DNA from: Amoebophrya sp. A120
Lineage: Eukaryota; Protista; Dinoflagellata
DNA: 64,000 nucleotides
NCBI GenBank assembly: GCA_905178155.1
Contig: CAJINV010000001.1
Location: forward strand, 3,673,706-3,737,705
Direction of reading: 5' to 3'
Shown here: positions 25,884-37,100 of the stretch, one piece after another
How positions within the stretch are numbered: position 1 is the stretch's first letter
Layout: the number at the start of each line of letters is the position of its first letter
Notes under the pieces: generated by a model
Seen by the model: the letters and a program-made list of their open reading frames with translations, nothing else
What the model was told of the DNA's origin: nothing
The model's database searches: none
Translations under genes and position numbers: made by a program

Positions 25884-28800
25884 ATGGCCGAGCCCGACAC
25901 CAGTCCCGAGGTGTCGCCTTCTCACCTCGCGGATGCGCCCCCCGTCCCAGACGAGCTCACCGAAAAAGCAGTTGGCGCCCCGGAAGATGCTAGTACTGTC
26001 CCCGCCGCCGCAAACGCCGCGGGTGCCGAGCCCCCGGCGGACAAGGAAGGCGACGAAAACAAAAATCCTGCCCGGCCAGACAGTCGGGGCTCGCAGGGCG
26101 GCGCGGGCTCGTCACATCATTCGGACGAAGAAGAGGACGAACCAGGAGAGGATGCCGTGCCGCAGCGCCGGGCGGTGGACTACTGGGTGTTTTCGCCCCC
26201 GGGTCCACGAATGAAAATGGATGTGGAGTTGGAAAATGTGGAAGTGGGCTACGAGCACGAAAACTTCGAGCGGCACGACCGACGGGGCGTCGGGGTTTCG
26301 AATCGCGCCCTGACCCTCGCGAACGCATTGAAATACATCTGCAAACGCTTACACCTGCTCGACTCCGTCTCCGAGGACGTGGAGGTGTTGATGCGGCCGA
26401 AGTTCCCCAAGCCGGACAAATTGCAGCTGATGCAGGCGCGGACGCTGCTACCCGAATACCTGTTGGAACGCGTGAACAGCAAGGAAATCAGCTTCAATGA
26501 GGTGTTGGAAAACACGAAACCACGGTTGCTGCTGGACCAGGTGTTCGACAGTCTGGACCGACAGCTGAACCGCGAATGCGTGTGCCGACACCTGATCGAG
26601 TGCGTCAGCTGCTTCCTCCCTTTAGAAAATGATCCGGACAACGTGAATCCGAAGGCCATCAAGCACAACATGGAAGCGCTGCGCCGCGGGGATATGGACC
26701 CCGGGTACGACCCGATTGCCGAGGAGAAGGAGGCGTTCATGAAGAAAGAGCTGGAGAGGCGCGCTTTTGTCGAGGCGAAGAAGAAGCGCGAGGAGGAGAA
26801 GCGCAAGGCGGAGGCCGAGGCGCGGAAAAAGACGAAGAGCCAGCAGAAAGCGAGTTCGCCGGGGGCGGCCAAGGCGAAATCCGGGAAGAAAGCGAAGGCC
26901 GGGGCGAAAGCTGCGGCGAAGGCTAATAACAGTAACGCGGGGTTGACGGCGGAAGAAAAGGAAAAGAAAAAGCAGGAGGAGGAGCGGAAAGCCGCCGAGG
27001 AGGCAGAGAGGAAAAGGTTGGAAAAAGAAAGAGAGGAGGAGGAGAAGCGTCGCGCCGAGGAGGCGCGGATCGCGAAGGAGAAGGCCGACTGGGAGGCTTT
27101 TAACCGGCCAAATCGCTTTCACGAAGAGATGAAGAAACACCCGGACTACAACACGCTGATCCAGACGCGCATCCTGCCCATGTGGCGCAGCATGAAGGAG
27201 CCGGACACGGCGTTGACGCTGTGCAAACTGTGCGCGCTGTTGCACAAAATCGACAACAAGGTTGTCCTGCGCTACCTTCTGCAGTGCCCCCGGTCTTCCT
27301 ACGCCTGGCTCGGGCTCGCGAAAAGCACCATCTGGCTGCCGGAGGCACTGGAACTCGCCTGCGAAACGCTGAAGAAGGGCGCGGGCCAGAAACCAAGTCT
27401 GGACCGTGCGGTGGGCTTTTTCGTCGGTCGGCACATTGCCCGGTGTGGATCTATCTCGATGTCGTCTTCTCCGGACGACACGGGAAGCAGTCTGATCCCG
27501 CTACCACTGTCCCGCAACCTGTGCCAGGCCCTGCTGTTCGCGTTAGCGCAGAACATGAAGAAATTGTACTTGAAGGGGACAACAATCGCGATGAAAGAAC
27601 AGGAGGAAAATCCAACTGCGAATCATGCAGGTGGCGCAGCAGCAGCAGCTGCAGCGGTTGACAATGATCCAGATGCAGCTTCATTTCCTGACCGTATCGC
27701 TGGTGCGGAAGTTCTGGTCACAGAAACTGAGGAGCAATTCCAACAGCAAGAAGAAGTACCATCCACGGCGACTCGAGTTCATCTTCCACTGCCACCCCTG
27801 GAAAATCTCAGAACGATTTCCCGCGAGGAGAGAAAAGCGCAAGAGGCGGAGCGCAAGAAGGAGAAAGAGGAAACCGCGACCATTCAAACGTACTGCTGCG
27901 CGCTCTTCTATGGAAGTGTCAGGATTGAAATCGTCAAAGTTGAAATAGTTTGTGATGCATAAAGTGCAACCCACAAAATGCCTGTCTTGCAGAGTAGGCA
28001 AGGGAGGCCGATTGTGAGCCTGTTTAGGGTTTGAAATAGAGCTGCTAAAGTAGAAGTAGAATGACAAAAGCAGTGTTCTGTTCCCAAACAGCATGACAAA
28101 TTGGATTCCGGTGCTCGGAAAATTTGTCATGCGCCGCTTGATAAGTGGGCTTTCGACTGGTATCGCTTTTATGCATGACAGACTATTTCAACTTTGACGA
28201 TTTCAATCCTGACACTCCCATATCTTCCTGCTCCTGAGGCAAAGCGTCTTCGACGACTACAACGACTTGCAGACCACGGGGGACTAAGCACTGCAAAAGT
28301 ATCGTACCCGTATAAATGCAGCATGACAGATCTACTCATTGTCATTTTACCTGAATGTGAATCTGCATCACTCTTTTTTTTGGGAAATTTTTTCATGCCC
28401 TTTTCTATTAATACGATACGTACTTTTGCAGTGCATAGGGATTTTGTGCGCGAAGAGCAGTTTGTTCGGGATCAGATCATCAAGAACGCGACCAGGAAAC
28501 TGGAGCTGATGCCCACGCCTCCCGACGGTGCGGCCGCGGCGGTCTCCACCCCGCAGCCCAAAACGCCGCAAGAGAAGAAAACCAAAGCGGCGTCCCCAAA
28601 GCGAGGCTCCCCGAAAAAGACGGCAGGAAAGAAAAAAGACGACGGAAAACTACCGCCTTTACCGAAAGGGCAAGCCTGGGTGGAGCGGCGACACAAGCCG
28701 AGGCTGTGTCGGATTCACTCCCTGCTGGACATCTGCATGGCGCACCACGCGGCGGCACTGCTGGTCCCGTTTTTAGACGCAAACGCGGGGATTTATGGGA

Positions 28801-31800
28801 GTGTCAGGATCGAAATCGACAAAATCGAAAAACTTGTGATGCAGAAAATGTAGGACACTGAAGGCCTGTATTGGGGAGCAGGCAAATGAGATAGCTTGTA
28901 AGCCTGTTTAGGGTAAGACGCTGTGCTGTCAGAGTAGCACGACAGGAGCAGTCTTCTTTGCCGTAACAGCATGACAAACTGGATTTTGGTGCTCTCGAAA
29001 TTTGTCATGCGCCACTTGGAAACTGAGGCTCCAACTGGTATCGATTTTATGCATCACAAATCATTTCGATTTTGTCAATTTCGATTCTGACACTTCCATA
29101 GGATTCCGGTCTTGCTCTGCGCGATGCTGGAGGAGGCGACCATCGATTTGCAGACCCACGTCTTGTCCTTCGTATCAAATGTAAAAATGTCTGGGTCTGG
29201 AAACTTGTGATGCTGGGTGGCGTCTCATGATGAGGCTACAAATGCTGGCTCAGCATGACAAGTTTCTGAGCTCCTAGGTGTTGCCTATTCTGCATGACAA
29301 ACTGCGCTTCTGCATCACAGAAAAACGGAGCGCTTGGGTAACGTGCATGACAGATTTAAGAATCATGCCAGACAAGCATGACAAACATAAATTCTTCCAG
29401 ACCCAGACATTTTCACATTTGATACTTCGGGTTGCTCAACAAAATCATTGACAGCTTCGAACAAAACCCGGGCCGAGGGCTGTTGCTCTCCGCGCTGTGC
29501 CGGCTCACCGCCGCCATCGTGGTCCAGGATAGAAGGAAGGACGTTTACCGCAGCTGCACCCGGTTCAAAAAGCGAATTTCTTTATTGATCTTCGACGCGA
29601 TGGAGAAGTACGCACACGAATTGAAGGCGCTCGCCTTGTTCGGGCTGCTTGCCTTGGCTTCACTCTTCGACAACGCGAAAATTTGCTTTCAGGCCGCAGC
29701 CTACGTCATGCGCTTGTACCCCGACGACAAAGCTCTCCAACTCGCCAGCTGGGCGTGCCTGTTGAACGCGTCCGATTACATCTACCGGGTCTACCGCACG
29801 ACGAAAAACATCAACAGCATGCACATCCAAAAGCGGTTTTTGGACGAGAATACTTTCGATGCTGGTGATCCGCAGCACGGGGACACGAACGTGAATCCAG
29901 AAGACGGAGCCGAAACGATAACCACGCAGCGGCAGGATGTGACCTTTGAGGACGACGAGCCCGCGCAGCCGACGCTTTTGTTCGACGAAGATGGGAACCC
30001 ATTGGAAGCAACGGTTGCCGTAGCCGATCTTACCTCCGGTGTCGACATCGCGCCGGCCACACCGCTCGCGGACCCGGCGGGGGAGGTGGGAGGTGGTGTT
30101 ACCTCGGACAACAACCCGCAGGAGGCCAGTATGGCGTTCTCAAATGTTACATTCTCAACTGTTACATGATTTGTAATGCAAAATCACAATCAGAATCGAC
30201 ACGATCAAGCTGCTTCGCATGACAAATTCTCGAAGAGCCAAACAGGCTGAGAATCTTTGCTAGATCTGTCATGCAAGACGCGCAAGGTGACCCCTTTCAC
30301 TTTTGCCATTCTTGCATCACAAATCCATGTAACAGTTGAGAATGTAACAGTTGAGAACGCCATAGCCAACAGCGACGAGAACGCGGCGACTTCGAGCTCC
30401 TCGAAAGCCCAGAAGAGCGGGAAGGCGGTGTCTTTCGTAGAGGGGGAAGTAGTATGCATTGCAAATATGTGTGGGTCTGGAAACATGTAAACTTCTGATG
30501 CGCATTTGAGACCAGAAAAAAATCTGTCATGTATGGACCGCAAAAGTTGCTCATTTCTTGTCACCCAAAAAGGGAACTTGTCATGCGGATTAGGCATCGC
30601 CTAACCTGCTCAAAACCTGTGTTGCTAGGACTTGCATGCCGGACCTTCTGTGTCATGCACAAACAGCATCACACTCTTCCAGACCCAGACATATTTGCAC
30701 TTGATAAGTAGAGACGGTAACGTCGTTTGATCCGGTCTCCACGGGGGAGGGGTTTGGCGACTCCGAAGCGAAAAAAGACGCGACCTCGACGCAAAAGGCT
30801 GTGTTGGAAGAGAGGGCCAGTTCTGGGCAGCCGGATGGGCCGGCGGAAACGGTGCTTACCAGCTCACCAACGGAACTAGGTGGGGAAGACGCGGCGTCTT
30901 CGTCCGCGATGCCGGGTATGCGGTCAAGCTCCAAAGATAGTGGTAATAGCAACGTTCTTGAGGGGGGCACGGCTCCGGGTTCGTCGCTCGCCGACGCGAC
31001 TGGCGACCCGGAATCGTCCGACGCCGGAATGAAGACGAATTTGGACCCGCTGCCAGGCAGCGGCAGTGAGACGGCCAGCCCGGAAGAGTCGTTTGCGCAG
31101 ACCGGGGCGTCGAGCGAGAAAGTGCAACCAGAACGCCCGTACGAAATCATTGACACCGAGGAGGAACGGGTTGAGGCCGAGCACTACGGAATCATCCTGG
31201 AAATGTCCAAATGCATACTGGTAAAGGACTGAATGACAGTCAATGCGTGGTTTTTGTTTTTTCCCTGTTTCTGTTGGGCCCGGCAACGAATCGGAATTCT
31301 TTACTCGATGCACGTGTAGTGTTTCTGTATCCACTCCCATTTTAACAACAGAAATGGCTCCAGAAGGACGATCCTCATTACATCGAGGAAGAGAAGATAC
31401 GCAGCGAGCTCATGTGCGCGCAGCACGAACAAGATTGCGATATTATGGCGCTCATGAGGGAGTTCAAGCGGCTAGAGCAGGTACTACTAGGATTTTTCTA
31501 GTTTCACTTGAAGATAAAACCGGGCATTTTCCTCGCAGAGTGTTGCTGATACACGTGCGCCAGGATGTAAATGTATCAAGTTTGAATTTTGAATGCAACA
31601 CCCGAATTTTTTTCACAGCTTCGCGAGGAGCTGCAAATAAATCGTGCGAAGCAGTGGAACCCTCCGAAAGTCAAGCACAAAACGCTAGAAGAGGAATACC
31701 TGGCGCGTCTAGAGGTCGTTTTCGGGGAACAGGCCGAGACGGCGCGGGGTAAGAGGGAAATAACTGCGCTCTTGCGGCGGTGGCCACCGAATAAGTACCA

Positions 31801-33603
31801 CGTGATGTATCTCGAGCAGTGTCAGGTGCACAACGTCCCCGAGACCGAGATATCGAAGAAAAAAAGTGTGTAAGTGTAACTTTCTTTGAGAAACAGCATC
31901 ACAAATTTGCCTTACATGACAGAGAAAACCTGTCATGCGTGGCCTGTAAGGGAAAACACACATGAAAAGAGCACTTCATGGCTGTCTGGCATGACAGGCG
32001 CAACTCTGTTGCATGTTCTGCAACACAAATTTACACTTACACAGTTTTTTTCTTGCATACGAGATCGAACCCGAGTACAAGATGCCGCCCCCGCCGCTGC
32101 CGCAGTACGAGCGCCCGATCCCCAAAATCCGGACGGTGCAGTGGGAATACCGAAAGAGAATGATCGATCTGTACACGCGGAAAGGGCATTTGGTGAGGGC
32201 AGAAAACATCGATATCGAAATGCTGGAGTACAGAGGTATAGAGTTTACTCTTGTCTTTACGCAGCACGTTGTACTTCTGTCCCGTTTGTAGCTAGTCGCA
32301 AATTAGTATGAGCTTCATACCTGCGACTTCATTTTCGTCTGCTTTTCATCTCCATCCTGTGACCACCCACTACAGGTAAGGAGCACCTCCTGTACCAGCG
32401 GCGCTGCAAGGAGTTCGAAGAGCACCCTCTCCCGGTCTACACGCTGAAGGGCGCCGCGCTGGAGGACGCGAAACCCGAGCCGTTGCTGCTGGTGGACGAC
32501 GTGGAGATCCAGTTTCTCGCGCTCTCCGTGATGGAACTCCTCGTCACCAGCACCAACCGGCACGACATCTCCGTGGAACTCCGGCGGATCGGGGAACGGG
32601 GTCTGGATCACCCGGTCGTCCTGATCGACATCGCGTCGCGGTCCTTTCTCCAGGTGTTCAACGAGGCCCAGGCGCGGCTCGATGCGGAGGAGAAGAAGCG
32701 GAAGCACCTGGAGCAGGTCGAGCACTACATCGTGGTGATACAGAGGCTACGGGAGGAGTACCAGGATGTGGACGAAAAGCCGCCGGACGAGGAGGACGAC
32801 AGCAAGATCCGAAAGCTCTTCAAAAACTGCCCGGAGGGGGAAGCGCGGAACGTCTTTGTAGAAGAGTGCAAGAAGTTTGACATCGATCCGGACGACTTTG
32901 AAGAGGCGCTGGAGGAGGAGAACGATATCCTGAGTAAAAACGTACCCACACCATAGTCAAGATGGGGAATCGGCTAGACAAATCCACAAGTTTTGGCTGT
33001 TTTGCATGACAAATTTGGATTCGTAGTGTAGTGCTGTTTGAGCTAGCTCAGCAGCATCACAGATCTAGCATACCATGCTGATTGGAGCATGGCAAATTGC
33101 AAAACACGACTAGAAAATGCTTCTCATGGGGCTCCGCATGAGAAACATTCTCAGCATGCAGATTTGCATTACAACTCTGGTGTGGGTACGTTTTTACTCA
33201 GGATAAACGAAGATTCGAGTTCGGAGGAAGACGAGGAGGAGGGCGAGGATGGGGCCGGCGGTATCCTGAGTAAAAACGTACCCACACCAGAGTTGTCATG
33301 CAGATTTGCAAAGACAGGAAGACTTGTAATGCGCATCCCCATGAGAGCCATTTTCTATCGTGTTTCGGAATTTGTGATGCTGTGAACAGGATGAGCAGAT
33401 GAATCTGTGATGCGGCTGCACTCGCTAACCTGCACTACACTGCAGAGTGCAACTTGTCATGCGTGACTCACAAAACTCCTAGGTTTGTGTTGCAGAGTCC
33501 CCGTCCTGACTCTGGTGTGGGTACGTTTTTACTCAGGATAGGCGGGGGCGGGGGCGAGGGTGGTGGCAGTCCGGGAACTGGCGGTGGGGGCGAGGGGGGA
33601 TAG
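25884..33603 (+). CDS. Large hypothetical protein (~1660 aa model) split by 9 TIR elements and 3 GT-AG introns
   Basis: Model exons: 25884-27908, 28228-28284, 28443-28793, 29106-29172, 29430-30129, 30370-30452, 30712-31220, 31352-31480, 31619-31850, 32065-32235, 32376-32925, 33211-33261, 33546-33603. They sum to 4983 nt and give one open frame ending TAG. E/K-rich coiled coil and helical segments. Confidence 0.75.
27909..28222. mobile_element. Introner-like TIR element E9 (family D)
   Basis: ~40-bp TIR TATGGAAGTGTCAGGATTGAAATCGTCAAAGTTGAAATAGT / ACTATTTCAACTTTGACGATTTCAATCCTGACACTCCCATA; TSD TCTTC; frame restored (CALF|LLLRQ). Confidence 0.93.
28285..28437. mobile_element. Introner-like TIR element E10 (family B)
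   Basis: TIR TAAGCACTGCAAAAGTA / TACTTTTGCAGTGCATA; TSD GGGAC/GGGAT; the element supplies an in-frame TAA unless removed (QTTGD|FVREE). Confidence 0.88.
28794..29100. mobile_element. Introner-like TIR element E11 (family D)
   Basis: TIR TATGGGAGTGTCAGGATCGAAATCGACAAAATCGAAA / TTTCGATTTTGTCAATTTCGATTCTGACACTTCCATA; TSD GGATT; interior similar to E9; frame restored (NAGI|PVLLC). Confidence 0.93.
29173..29424. mobile_element. Introner-like TIR element E12 (family A, close relative of E2)
   Basis: TIR TATCAAATGTAAAAATGTCTGGGTCTGGAA / TTCCAGACCCAGACATTTTCACATTTGATA; TSD CTTCG; interior aligns along its length with E2, 26 kb away in another gene. Confidence 0.93.
30130..30364. mobile_element. Introner-like TIR element E13 (family F, single copy here)
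   Basis: TIR TATGGCGTTCTCAAATGTTACATTCTCAACTGTTACATG / CATGTAACAGTTGAGAATGTAACAGTTGAGAACGCCATA; TSD GCCAG/GCCAA; in-frame removal of 240 nt. Confidence 0.92.
30453..30706. mobile_element. Introner-like TIR element E14 (family A, reversed interior like E5)
   Basis: TIR TATGCATTGCAAATATGTGTGGGTCTGGAA / TTCCAGACCCAGACATATTTGCACTTGATA; TSD AGTAG; frame restored into ORF 30801. Confidence 0.9.
31851..32059. mobile_element. Introner-like TIR element E15 (family C, reversed relative to E4/E6)
   Basis: TIR TATCGAAGAAAAAAAGTGTGTAAGTGTAA / TTACACTTACACAGTTTTTTTCTTGCATA; TSD CGAGA; interior aligns to the reverse complement of E6; frame restored (PETE-I-EPEYK). Confidence 0.92.
32926..33205. mobile_element. 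Introner-like TIR element E16 (family E)
   Basis: TIR TATCCTGAGTAAAAACGTACCCACACCA / TGGTGTGGGTACGTTTTTACTCAGGATA (perfect 28 bp); TSD AACGA; in-frame removal of 285 nt. Confidence 0.94.
33262..33540. mobile_element. Introner-like TIR element E17 (family E, reversed relative to E16)
   Basis: Same TIR as E16 (perfect over >30 bp); TSD GGCGG; interior aligns to the reverse complement of E16. Confidence 0.94.
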
Positions 33604-34126
33604 TAACAAGGGAATTTATCTCATTACCCTGCTTCCACCTGGTGATTGATAGATGTTCCGCCCCAGCGGCTCCGGCTCGGATGATTTCATCAGTCCTATC
33701 ATCAACAGACCACTTCCTGGCAGGATGTTGCGCGGTGCGGAGAGTAGAGGCTATACAACTCGTCTGGCCGAGTTTTAGTTTTTACGCATAAGTGAACACA
33801 GAAGTGGTGGACGTGGACGTGGAGTTTCACACTTTTTTCACCTCGTGTGGGTCAACTTCCGTGTTCGTCGTGTAAGACCAGATCAAATAGGAAGAAGGAG
33901 TGGACTACAGGAAGTATTGCAGATGATCATGTGGTTTCAATTTTAGTAACGCTCAAACTCCTATTACCCCAATCTTGGCGGAATTTCATACGTTTTCCGA
34001 CGATGATCTTCCGGATCTCGATGTTTTTTTGTGTATTACGGCGGACACACACACAGTTCTTGAAGATGCAAGCGCTAGAGCTAGTAGCTTCTTGTGTTTA
34101 GTCCTCGCCGCAATCTAGATAGAGGG

Positions 34127-37100
34127 ATGAAGGATTTTTCAACTGCAAACGCGACCGGTCCGGAGGACGCGGCCCCGCAATGCTTGTTCGACGCCATCGA
34201 TTGGAGCAACGCGGAAAGGAAAGTTTTGATCCGTTCTACACAAGACGCAAGGGACACTTTCACGTACCAGCAATTTCGAGACTTCGCCGAAACCACCGTG
34301 TGGCCCCCGGTGCTGAAATTTCTCAATTGGAACCTGTTTCCCTACGACGCAGACGAGGAACAACAAGTTGGATCGGAGATGAAAACCACGACTGGCACGA
34401 CTTCTGAAGAAGCAGACCACATGATAGTGCGACTCCCGAAAAGGAACCTCGGGATTCTCTTCTTGGACAACAGTGCGGCGTTTGTCAATTTGTTCCTGAG
34501 CTTGCTGAAATTCCCCTTGGCGCTCTGCCCCTTCAGTCCCAAGCTCGGCCCGGCGAATCTGCAGGACGAGCTGGAAGATTTGGCGAATTTCTATCTGCTT
34601 ATTCTGGACGAACGAATGGAGGATATGAAAAAAGGTGGAAGTGCAGACACGAAGAAGCTTGCTCGGGTTGTCCGGGACTTCGCAGAACAAAACGACGTCC
34701 CTCTGTTGATCGTCGAAAATGCGGACGACGCCCTCGGACGCTTCAAAATCCAGCCGGCGGTCACCGCCGCAACGGTCTCTAGTCCCATGCAGAAGAAGTT
34801 CGACGCCATTAGGGCGATTACGAATGTCAACGGGCTGGACAACGTGGCGCTGCGGTTGCACACCTCCGGCACCACGAAGCGCGCAAAAACTGTCCCGTTA
34901 ACACATGGAAACCTTCTCGCCGGTGGACGTGCGATTCGGGAGACCTTGCAGTTGACGGAAAAGGACACAGCGTTGAACGCCATGCCGCTGTTTCATATCC
35001 ACGGGATCGCGGTGAACGTCCTGGTGCCGGTTTTGTCGGGTGCGGCAATTCTGCCTCTGCCGAAATTCGTTCCGGACGAGTTCTTCAGATTGGTAGAGGA
35101 GATGAGGCCGACGTACTACAGCGCGGTGCCCGCAATACACGAGCAACTGTTGCTGCATCAGACAAGTAGTAGTAGATCTCCTGCTGCAAAAATCACCACC
35201 ACTAATGCGACCTCTCCGGACCAGCATTCTATTTTGAAACCGCCTCCATCGCTCCGCTTCGTGCGCAACTGCAGCGCGGCGTTGCTCCCACCCACAGCGG
35301 CGAAACTCGAGAAGCTCTTCGGTTGCCAGTCGGTTGGAACGTACGCTATGACGGAAAGCATGCCCATCTGCAGCAACCCAGTGGAGATGAGGAAGAACAC
35401 GTTACTATCCACCACGTCTGAGGGACGAACAGAGGAAAAGAAAAGTTTTCAGAACCCTTGTACTAGTTACCGCCTGGATTCCGTCGGGTACGCGCAAGGG
35501 CCGCATGTGGTCATCCGGGAGAACGTTGACACAAACCCAAAAACGAGTACAGATGCGGAAATCAATAAAACCGTTGCCCAACGGCAGAAGCTCGCAAAAG
35601 ACTTCTCCTACTGCGACTCCAAGCTCAACGTCCCGTTCGGTATCGAGGGGGAGGTCTGTGTGAAGGGTCCGATGGTCACGACCGGATACGAGCGCAACGT
35701 CGAAGACTGGCGGGACTGCTTGAATGACTACACGGTGGACGGGTTTCTGCGGACGGGGGACAAGGGGTATTTAGATGCGAAAGACAAGCACTTGGTGCTG
35801 CTCGGCAGGTACAAGGAAATCATCAACTACGGGGGGGAGAAGCTGTCCCCGTTTTTGGTCGAGTCCGCCTTGATTCAGCACCCGCGGGTCCGTGAGGTGC
35901 TCTGCTTCGCTTGTCCGCACGAGAGTTATGGAGAAGCTGTCGGGGTCTTGGTGGTGAAGGACGATAGTTGGGCCTCTACTTCTTCGAACAGTTCGAGCAA
36001 AAATGTTGATAGAAAAGAGCAAGTTTCATCGTTCCTAGAACAACTCCGCACTTTCCTCCGCAACGACAGCGGGCTGAGTACGAACTACAGTCCGGAGGTC
36101 CTGGTCTTTTCCGACTTTATCCCGCGGGCGCACACGGGCAAGCCGCAGAGGATCGGACTTGCGAAGAGACTCAACATCACCGCTGCGGAAACCGCGCCGA
36201 CCTTACCGTTCACAGCCCGAGAGTTTGTATGGGACGGCGAGAACAGTTTAGTAAAAATCGAGCGGAAAGGAGAAGAAGAAGATCCTGGAAGAAATATCAA
36301 GCCTCCTTCTAGTAGTTTAAAGGATCTTTCGCTAGAACTGGCAGAACCGCCCGCTGAAGGAATCACTTCTGGAGTCGAGCACCGCCAACGACCTCCCGCC
36401 TCCGGAGGTACAACAATTACCGAGCAAGAGAAAAAGCGCAAGGCCTTCGACCGCATTTTAGCCCGCTTCGGTGTTGTGCAGCTGCACCGGGCGAGCAGCT
36501 TTGCGAGAGACACACTGCTATCGCACCTACTCGACAGCATTTCCGTAATCCAACTGCGGGCGGTGTTTCTCGAGTCTTTTCACAACCTCAAGTGGCCGCT
36601 GCACTTCTTCGCACAGGCCACCGTGACAGAATTGCTCGAACGGTTACAGCGGGAAGCCGATGTTCGCGTTGTTTTAGAAGAGGAGCCCCACCCGCAGAGC
36701 TACCCGGGCAGCCCCGTGGCGGGCTCGTCTACGCCCGGAAGCACAAGAGGTGGTGTGGTTGCGATGGCTGATGGTGCCTTGACACAAACATCCTCGAACA
36801 GACAGGTCATAGTCTTCGACGAGAGCAGCCTGAAATTCAGCGAGGTCACGCGCGAGGTTCGGCCGTACCTACACGTAGGGGCTGGGGGTGGAAACACATC
36901 TGCAACGACCGGCGGTGCAGCTGCAGGAGCAAAAAATCGGAGTCGTAGTGGGAGCTTAGTAGAGCAGGACCAAGTAGCTCCTGCCGCGACAGATGCAGCA
37001 ACTGCTGCTCGTCTCTGCACCACAGGGGTACTACAACATGAAGTAGCCTCCAGTTCTAGTACCAAAGGCCTGAAACTACCAAAGATGCGGCCCCTTGACG

